Source of the DNA: Octopus sinensis
Taxonomy: Eukaryota
Length of the DNA: 29,764 nucleotides
NCBI RefSeq assembly: GCF_006345805.1
Contig: NW_021832300.1
Span: 1 to 29,764 of the forward strand
Direction of reading: 5' to 3'
Position 1 is the stretch's first letter. Each line of letters starts with the position of its first letter. The position numbers and the translations under genes were made by a program. The notes under the pieces are model-generated. The model was not told the DNA's origin, searched no databases, and saw nothing but the letters and a program-made list of their open reading frames with translations. Below are positions 22,112 through 29,764 of the stretch, piece by piece.

Positions 22112-22636
22112 TTTTTACAGTAATTTGACCGTGGCCATGCTGGAGCACCACCTTTTCGTCGAACAAATCGAGCCCAGGACTTATTCTTTGTAAGCCTAGG
22201 ACTTATTTTATTGGTCACTTTTGCTGAACTGCAAAGTCACGGGGGTCATAAACACACCAACGTTGGTTGTTAAGCGATGGTGGGGGGGGAACAAACACTG
22301 ATACATAAACACACACATATGTATGCACACATACACACACACACACTTACACATACATGTATATATACGACGGGCTTCTTTCAGTTTCCGTCTACCAAAT
22401 CCACTCACAAGGATTTGGTTAACCTAAGGCTATAGTAGAAGACACTTGCCTAAGGTGTCATGCAGTGGGACTGAACCCGGAACCATGTGGTTGAGAAGGT
22501 GTCTCTTTGTGTCTGTGTTGTTTTGTTTACATCCCCATAACTTATCAAATTCATTCACAAGGATTTGGTCGTCCTGAGGCTGTAGTAGAAGACACTTGCC
22601 CAAGGTGTCATGAAGTGGGACTGAACCCAGAACCAT
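22112..22636 (-). mobile_element. SINE-A with a tandem partial duplication of the head region
   Basis: Body 22112-22493; the segment cactcacaagg...gggactgaaccc is repeated at ~22543-22636. Confidence 0.85.
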
Positions 22637-22890
22637 AACTTTGTTTCCTCATAGCTTTCAGAAAAATGAATACTTTTGTAATGAAATTTTGTAAAAATAC
22701 CTTTCAGGTGAAGCACATTACAATTATATTGGAATCTTTCGTTACTGCATTTCTTTTGAGATGCTCTGTGTTTCTTTCAATCAATTTTAAATATAACAAG
22801 GAATTTAGTAAAATAACTTAGTTATCATTAAGCTAGTGTTAGGAACATAAATTGTGACTAAGGTTTGGTGGAAGATTTTTATTCAGAACT

Positions 22891-23298
22891 TCTCTCTTTT
22901 ACTCTTTTACTTGTTTCAGTCATTTGACTGCGGCCATGCTGGAGCACCGCCTTTAGTCGAGCAAATCGACCACGGGACTTATTCTTTGTAAGCCCAGTAC
23001 TTATTCTATCGGTCTCTTTTGCCGAACCGCTAAGTGACGGGGACGTAAACACACCAGCATCGGTTGTCAAGCAATGCTAGGGGGACAAACACAGACACAC
23101 AAACACACACATACATATATATTATACATATATACGACAGGCTTCTTTCAGTTTCCGTCTACCAAATCCACTCACAAGGCATTGGTCGGCCCGGGGCTAT
23201 AGTAGAAGACACTTGCCCAAGGTGCCACGCAGTGGGACCGAACCCGGAACCATGTGGTTGGTAAGCAAGCTACTTACCACACAGCCACTCCTGCGCCT
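22891..23298 (-). mobile_element. Full-length SINE-A
   Basis: Tail ctctcttttactcttttac through head ccactcctgcgcct. Confidence 0.92.
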
Positions 23299-23454
23299 AT
23301 ATCACTTTATCCTTGGCAGTTGAAGTTTCCTTTTCTAGATATATCAGATGTGTGTCAGTTTGTATACGTGTGTGCTCAACAATTTGTGTTATATATTTCT
23401 GGAAGTTATGAGGAAACAAAGTCGATGAGGAATGGGCACATTTGAGTAGATGTG

Positions 23455-23608
23455 TGGATGTAGCTGTTTGGTAAGAAGCTCGCTTACCAACCATATGGTT
23501 CCGGGTTCAGTCCCACTGCGTGGCACCTTCGGCAAGTGTCTTCTACTATAGCCTCGGACCAGCCAAACTGTGAGTGGATTTAGTAGACGGAAAGTGAAAG
23601 AAGCCTGT
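23455..23608 (+). mobile_element. SINE-A 5' half
   Basis: tagctgtttggtaagaagc...ggttccgggttcagtcccactgcgtggcacc...gaaagaagcctgt. Confidence 0.85.
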
Positions 23609-23651
<43 letters not shown>

Positions 23652-23935
23652 GGTGGCGAATATTCGTTATAAATATCACCACCAGTGGCCTAGCATGTAT
23701 AAAAAGTCAATAGACAACATATTTGTATTTCAAAGTAGAAAATTACCCTTTAACAGGTAATTTTTACATGCTAGCATGTTGGCTGCTATTTCTATATACA
23801 TGTATATAAACGTATGTATATATATGTATGTATGTATGTATTATGTATGTATGTATGTATGTATGTATGTATGTATGTATATATATATATATATACATAT
23901 ATAAATGTATGTATATGTATGTATGTATATATATT

Positions 23936-23966
<31 letters not shown>

Positions 23967-24296
23967 GTGGGCGTGTGTATTGTATATATATATATATATA
24001 TGTATGTGTATACATATATGTGTGTGTCTGTGTATACATGAGTGTGTGTGCATGTGTGTATTGATACACATATCTATATGTAGAAACACATGCTTATGTT
24101 CTACACACACACACATATACACCACACACACACATATATGTATGTATATGTATATACATGTACATAATGCATATTTACACAGACACACTTGCGTGTGTGT
24201 TTATATATACATATATGTATAAATAAATATATATATAATTCAGGTAAACCTCGTACATTTCATTTAAGAGCACTTATATTGTCAATTGTATACGTA

Positions 24297-24381
<85 letters not shown>

Positions 24382-24395
24382 GTGTTTATATATGT
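23608..24395. repeat. (TA)n, (ATGT)n, (CA)n and (ATCT)n compound microsatellite region
   Basis: Read directly from the sequence; pure (tatc)n at ~24297-24380. Confidence 0.9.
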
Positions 24396-25013
24396 ATATA
24401 CGTATAACAAAAACAAACAAACAAACAACGACTATACCTGCATTCAATTCTTTAGATCCGTGCCTTTGTACACACATCAAATACACAACTTGTCAGGTGT
24501 GTTTACGCGAAGGATTTTTTTACAAACGTTGCCAAAACGTTACAGGTGTATCGCGGTGTCCAGGGCCAATCGACGAACTGTGTAACTACAAACAGTAGCA
24601 TCGATCGTTTATTTCGAGGTTATGACAGCATTCACTCCGAATATGTGTGTGTCAACCAACATATATTTACCTGTATCTACCTACCTATGTATATATATTC
24701 ACACAGGTAGATACGCTCACGTCACAGCTGTATATACTTGGTTTATTTCCTTATTGTATGAAAATATAGCACATGTATAGACACACACACACCACACACA
24801 CACACATACATACACACGAGTCACTGGCTTTCAGAGACACACGGTCGTGTCACAGAGGTCGGGACAACCAGCCAACCGGCCAGGCAACCAGCAAGTCAAC
24901 CTCCGCCGCCGCCGTCGCTTTCGGCAGCGGCGGCGGCGGCGGCGGTGACGACGACGACCCGACTCGGTCCATCTACGCTCTTTGTTGACAAGTAAAGGTG
25001 GGGGAGGGGTTTG

Positions 25014-26137
25014 GATACTGCTAGCGAACAGTGCTCCCGGTGCGCGCACACACGCACTCGCGCAAGCTAGTCGTAAGTAGTCGATCCTACAGCAACTTTT
25101 TAACCCTAACCCTAAACCTAATTTTTTAACTCTAACCTAAACCTAATATTTTAACCCTAACCCTAAACCTAAACCTAATTTTTTAACCCTAACCCTAAAC
25201 CTAATATTTTAACCCTAAACCTAAACCTAATTTTTTAACCTTAAACCTAAACCCAATTTTTAAACCCTAAACCTAATTTTTTGACCCTAAACCTAATTTT
25301 TTAACTCTAACCCTAAACCTAATTTTTTGACCCTAACCCTAAACCTAATTTTTTAACCCTAAATCTAATTTTTTAACCTTAAACCTAACCTAATTTTTAA
25401 ACCTTAAACCTAATTTTTTAACCCTAAACCTAATTTTTAAACCCTAAACCTAATTTTTTAACCCTAAACCTAATTTTTAAACCCTAAACCTAATTTTTTA
25501 ACCCTATCCCTAACCCTAAACCTAATGTTTTAACCAAACCTAATTTTTTAACCCTAAACCTAAACCTAATTTTTAACCCCCTAAATCTAATTTTTTAACC
25601 TAAACCTAACCTAATTTTTAAACCTTAAACCTAATTTTTTAACCTAAACCTAGTTTAAACCCTAAACCTATTTTTTAACCCTAAACCTAATTTTTAAACC
25701 CTAAACCTAATTTTTTAACCCTATCCCTAACCCTAAACCTAATGTTTAACCCTCTAACCTAATTTGTAAACCCTAAACCTAATTTTTTAACCCTAAACCT
25801 AAACCTAATTTTTAAACCCTAAATCTAATTTTTTAACCTTAAACCTAACCTAATTTTTAAACCTTAAACCTAATTTTTTAACCCTAAACCTAATTTTTAA
25901 ACCCTAAACCTAATTTTTAAACCCTAAACCTAATTTTTTAACCCTATCCCTAACCCTAAAACTAATATTTTAACCTCTAAACCTAATTGTAAACCCTAAC
26001 CCTACTTTTTAAACCCTAACCTTAGTTTGCTTATAAAAATAATTTATTTACTTAGTTTAAAAAACTATTTAGGACCGACTAATTACGACTAGCTAAAGCG
26101 GATGCGCGCACCGGGACCACTGTTCGTCAGTAGTACC
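25014..26137. mobile_element. MITE with imperfect ~75-bp TIRs, an 8-bp TSD and an internal telomere-like array (Merlin-like)
   Basis: Left gatactgctagcgaacagtgctcccggtgcgcgca...agctagtcgtaagtagtcgatccta; right taggaccgactaattacgactagct...tgcgcgcaccgggaccactgttcgtcagtagtacc. Flanks ggggtttg (25006-25013) and agggtttg (26138-26145). Interior is (taaacctaattttttaaccc)n. Confidence 0.8.
25088..26022. repeat. ~20-bp AACCCT/AAACCT minisatellite (degenerate CCCTAA)
   Basis: Read directly from the sequence; contains larger duplicated blocks (accctatccctaaccctaaa at ~25501, ~25720 and ~25941). Confidence 0.95.
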
Positions 26138-26319
26138 AGGGTTTGTGGGGTATGAGGTGGGGATATGGATGGGGATATGGAGGGAGATATCGAGGGTGGA
26201 GGTGCGGGTGGTATGTTTGTCGGTTCCTTCATGGGATCACCTTCAACATCGATCCGACCACCAGATTTAAAATGGGAGACACAAAAAACAAAAACAAAAA
26301 AATAGGTGAAAAAGTAATT

Positions 26320-27725
26320 CACCACCACCACCACCATCAATACCACCACCACCACCACCACCGTCATTATCATCATCATCATCATCGAAACAACCACCAC
26401 CACCACCATCAATACCACCACCACCACCACCACCGTCATTATCATCATCATCATCATCGAAACAACCACCAACGGCAATACACACACCAATAACGCAGCT
26501 AGCCCCCCCCCACCACCATCGTAACCACAGCCACCATTGCTCGTCAAGTGCAACACCGCACCACCAGCACCACCACCACCACCACCACCACTACCACCAC
26601 CACCAACACCACTATCACAATCAGCAGCACAGCTACCACCACTACCACTACCACTACCACTACCACCACCACTATCACTACCACCACTACCACCACCGCC
26701 ACTACCACTACCACCACTACCACTACCACTACCACTACCACTACCACCACCACTACCACCACTACCACCACTACCACCACTACCACCACTACCACTACCA
26801 CAACTACCACCACCACCACCACCACCACCACCACCACTACCACTACCACCCACCACCACTACACCACTACCACCACCACTACCACCACTACCACCACCAC
26901 TATCACTACCACCACTACCACCGCCACTACCACTACCACAACTACCACCACTACCACTACCACTACCACTACCACTACCACCACCACTACCACCACCACT
27001 ATCACTACCACCACTACCACCACTACCACTACCACAACTACCACCACCACCACCACCACCACCACCACCACCACCACTACCAACACCACCACCACCTGCA
27101 TCGCCGCCGCCAATTCGGTCGCCGACATCCCTCAAGAGCCATATCTCTGCAACTGCTAAACCACCGTCACACACACACGACCCTCTTTCCACCACCACCA
27201 CCACCACCACCACCACCGCCATCACCCACTACCACCACCACCACAGCTACTATTGTCACCACCGGCACACCTTACCATCGATACAATAGAGACAAAAGAC
27301 CGCTTATTGACTCAACAGAGTAAACATCACCACCACCACCACTACCACCACCACTACCACCACCACCACCACTACCACAAGAACCACCAACACACCATCA
27401 CCACCACCACCACAACCAGCAACACACCATCACCACCACTACCACCACCACTACCACCATCCACTACCACTACCACAAGAACCACCAACACACCATCACC
27501 ACCACCACCACAACCAGCAACACACCATCACCACCACTACCACCACCACCACCACTACCACAAGAACCACCAACACACCATCACCACCACCACCACAACC
27601 AGCAACACACCATCACCACCACCACCACCACCACAACCACCCACACACCACCACTACCACTACCACCACTACCACCACCACCACCACCACTACCACCACT
27701 ACCACCACCACCACCACCACCACCA
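26320..27725. repeat. (ACC/ACT)n low-complexity region with 70-100 bp internal duplications
   Basis: A 72-bp duplication at ~26320-26465 and a threefold accactaccacaagaaccaccaacacaccatc block at ~27368, ~27470 and ~27553. Confidence 0.9.
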
Positions 27726-27888
27726 ATATCCTCATTAACACCCCTAACAGTCGGGTTGTCCCGTCCCGCACCCCGTCACCCTGTCTCTCTTTAGAGATAT
27801 CAATAAAGTGATACAACAGAACAATCTCTCTCCTAAGTGGTGACCTTGACAACATGGCTTTTATAAGTGTGTTCGAATGCAGTTAGTT

Positions 27889-28313
27889 ACTCTCTCTTTT
27901 ACTCTTTTACTTGTTTCAGTCATTTGACTGCGGTCATGCTGGAGCACCGCCTTTTAGTCGAGCAAATCGACCCCAGGACTTATTCTTTGTAAGCCCAGTA
28001 CTTATTCTATCGGTCTCTTTTTGCCGCCGAACCGCTAAGTGACAGGGACGTAAACACACCAGCATCGATTGTCAAGCAATGCTAGGGGGACAAGCACAGA
28101 CATACAAACACACACACACATGCACATATATATATATACATATACATATATACAACGGGCTTCTTTCAGTTTCCGTCTACCAAATCCACTCACAAGGCTT
28201 TGGTCGGCCCGAGGCTATAGTAGAAGACACTTGCCCAAGGTGCCATGCAGTGGGACTGAACACGGAACCATGTGGTTGGTTAGCAAGCTACTTACCACAC
28301 AGTCACTCCTGCG
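27889..28313 (-). mobile_element. Full-length SINE-A
   Basis: Tail through head cacacagtcactcctgcg. Confidence 0.92.
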
Positions 28314-28406
28314 TAATACCACTCACTTGTTCGTAACATGAAAAAAAATCTGTTCGACGAACGGGAACGTGAAACTCTGAGGAACAGTTTTTGTGACGTC
28401 TTAGCT

Positions 28407-28571
28407 CAGGAGTGGCTGTTTGGTAAGTAGCTTGCTAACCAGCCACATGGTTCCGGGTTCAGTCCCACTGCATGGACCTGGGCACCTTCATGTGTCTTCT
28501 ACTATAGCCGCAGGCCGACCATTGCCTTGTGAGTGGATTTGGCAGACGGAAACTGAAAAAAGCCTGTCGTA

Positions 28572-28656
<85 letters not shown>

Positions 28657-28880
28657 GTGTGTGTGTGGTTTTGTCCCCATAGCTTGACAGCTTGAATTGA
28701 TAAGCTGCTAGTGTGTTTACGTCCCCGTCACTTAGCGGTTCGGCAAAAGAGACCGATAGAATAAGTACTGGGCTTACAAAGAATAAGTCCCGGTGTCGAT
28801 TTGCTCGACTAAAAGGCGGTGCTCCAGCATGGCCGCAGTCAATGACTGAAACAAATAAAAGAGTAAAAGAGTAAAAGAGA
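28407..28880 (+). mobile_element. Full-length SINE-A, inverted relative to 27889-28313
   Basis: Head caggagtggctg through tail aaaagagtaaaagagtaaaagag. Confidence 0.92.
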
Positions 28881-28883
28881 TAT

Positions 28884-28948
28884 ATGTCGCTAGAAGCTAG
28901 GATCACCAAGCATAGATTGGCATATTTCGGTCATATTATGCGGAGAAA
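28884..28948 (+). mobile_element. 65-bp RTE fragment matching the tandem unit at 2701-3648
   Basis: atgtcgctagaagctaggatcaccaagcatagattggcatatttcggtcatattatgcggagaaa matches 3516-3580 with one difference. Confidence 0.9.
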
Positions 28949-29764
28949 TGTGTGGTAAGTGGCTTGCTAACCAACCACATGGTTCCGGGTTCAGTCCCAC
29001 TGCGTGTCACCCTGGGCATGTGTCTTCTACTATAAGCCTCAGGCCGACCAATGCCTTGTGAGTGTATTTGGTAGATGGAAACTGAAAGAAGCCCGTCAGC
29101 TGGCAGAAACGTTAACACCCCGGGCGAAATGCGTAGCCGTATTTCGTCTGCCGTTATGTTCTGAGTTCAAATTCCGCCGAGGTTGGCTTTGCCTTTCAGC
29201 CTTTCGGGGTCGATGAATTAAGTACCAGTTACGCACTGGGGTCGATGTAATCGACTTAATCCCTTTGTCTGTCCTTGTTTGTCCCCTTTGTGTTTAGCCC
29301 CTTGTGGGTAGTAAAGAAATGGGTATTTTGTCTGCCGTTACGTTCTGAGTTCAATTCCGACGAGGTTGACTTCGCCTTTCATCCTTTCGGGGTCGATGAA
29401 TTAAGTACCAGTTACGCACTGGGGTCGATGTAATCGACTTAATCCCTTTGTTTGTCCTTGTTTGTCACCTATGTGTTTAGACCCTTGTGGGTAGTAAAGA
29501 AATATATATATATATATGTGTGTGTGTGTGAGTTTGGGTGTCCGTGTTTGTCCCCCCACCATCACTTGACGACCGATGCTAGTGTGTTTACGTCCCTGTA
29601 ACTTAGCGGTTCGGCAAAAGAGACCGATAGAATAAGTACTAGGCTTACAAAGAATAAGTCCTGGAGTCGATTTGTTCGACTAAAGGTGGTGCTCTAACAT
29701 GAATAAGTATTAAGTACTAAGCTTACAAACAATGGGGTCATGGGGTCGATCGATTTGCTCGACT
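28949..29764 (+). mobile_element. SINE-A with a SINE-B dimer (29098-29503) nested in its central microsatellite
   Basis: SINE-A head 28949-29097; SINE-B head agctggcagaaacg plus two bodies joined at gtaaagaaatgggtattttg (~29311-29330); SINE-A 3' half resumes at ~29520. Confidence 0.88.

Noticed and set aside
22637-22890. Possible internal fragment of a DNA-transposon MITE recalled from octopus genomes
   Set aside because: No TIR, TSD or second copy in the window; recall alone is not enough to annotate it.
23650-23790. Short palindromes (cgaatattcg, aaaattacc...ggtaatttt, acatgctagcatgt) as another hammerhead or fold-back element
   Set aside because: No CUGANGA core in the right position on either strand, and the stems are short enough to arise by chance in AT-rich DNA.
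24392-24598. Cys-rich short ORF (CQVC...RCQNVTGVSRCPGPIDELC)
   Set aside because: No recognisable domain spacing; it starts in microsatellite and ends in a stop with no donor site. Likely chance.
25088-26022. True telomere or chromosome-fusion scar
   Set aside because: Repeats are degenerate, interleaved with T-runs, single-orientation and enclosed by TIRs with a TSD.
26089-27738. Pro-rich (formin/extensin-like), Thr-rich (mucin-like) and Gly-Ser-rich ORFs
   Set aside because: All overlapping frames are open because of (ACC/ACT)n. There are no convincing splice sites or domain, and the short complex stretches (e.g. RSPTSLKSHISATAK, GRIDVEGDPMKEP) match nothing I recognise.
27841-27849. TGACCTTGA (ERR/SF-1/FTZ-F1 extended half-site) near an AATAAA
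   Set aside because: A single 9-mer is not unexpected in 30 kb on two strands, and there is no supporting cluster.
28321-28428. Mini-ORF MKKNLFDERERETLRNSFCDVLAQ ending at a SINE-derived GTAAGT donor
   Set aside because: Too short, no homology recognised, and every SINE-A head carries this donor-like sequence. Would need RNA-seq junction reads.

Overview
AT-rich eukaryotic non-coding DNA (intron or intergenic), almost entirely nested retrotransposon fragments, tRNA-derived SINEs, MITEs and simple repeats. The repeat families resemble those I recall from Octopus/coleoid cephalopod genomes; this is inference and was not checked. I find no supportable host protein-coding exon, and the long ORFs in the track are microsatellite artefacts. 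Real coding remnants are two R4/Dong-clade (RLE) LINE pieces next to (TAA)n runs and two different RTE-clade LINE 3' ends. Family names SINE-A/B/C/H and elements D-G are my working labels. Best leads: (1) an apparently intact type I hammerhead ribozyme at 8187-8275, inside a cluster of (TA)n-flanked fold-back elements that look Penelope/retrozyme-like; (2) a perfect Sox-POU composite site (16962-16976) in a TAAT-rich unique island; (3) a pri-miRNA-like hairpin (14585-14676); (4) a SINE that forms multimers through one fixed junction at three loci; (5) two GG...CC-ended MITEs with 8-bp TSDs and telomere-like internal repeats (Merlin-like); (6) a dense CAGGTR/YACCTG motif cluster.
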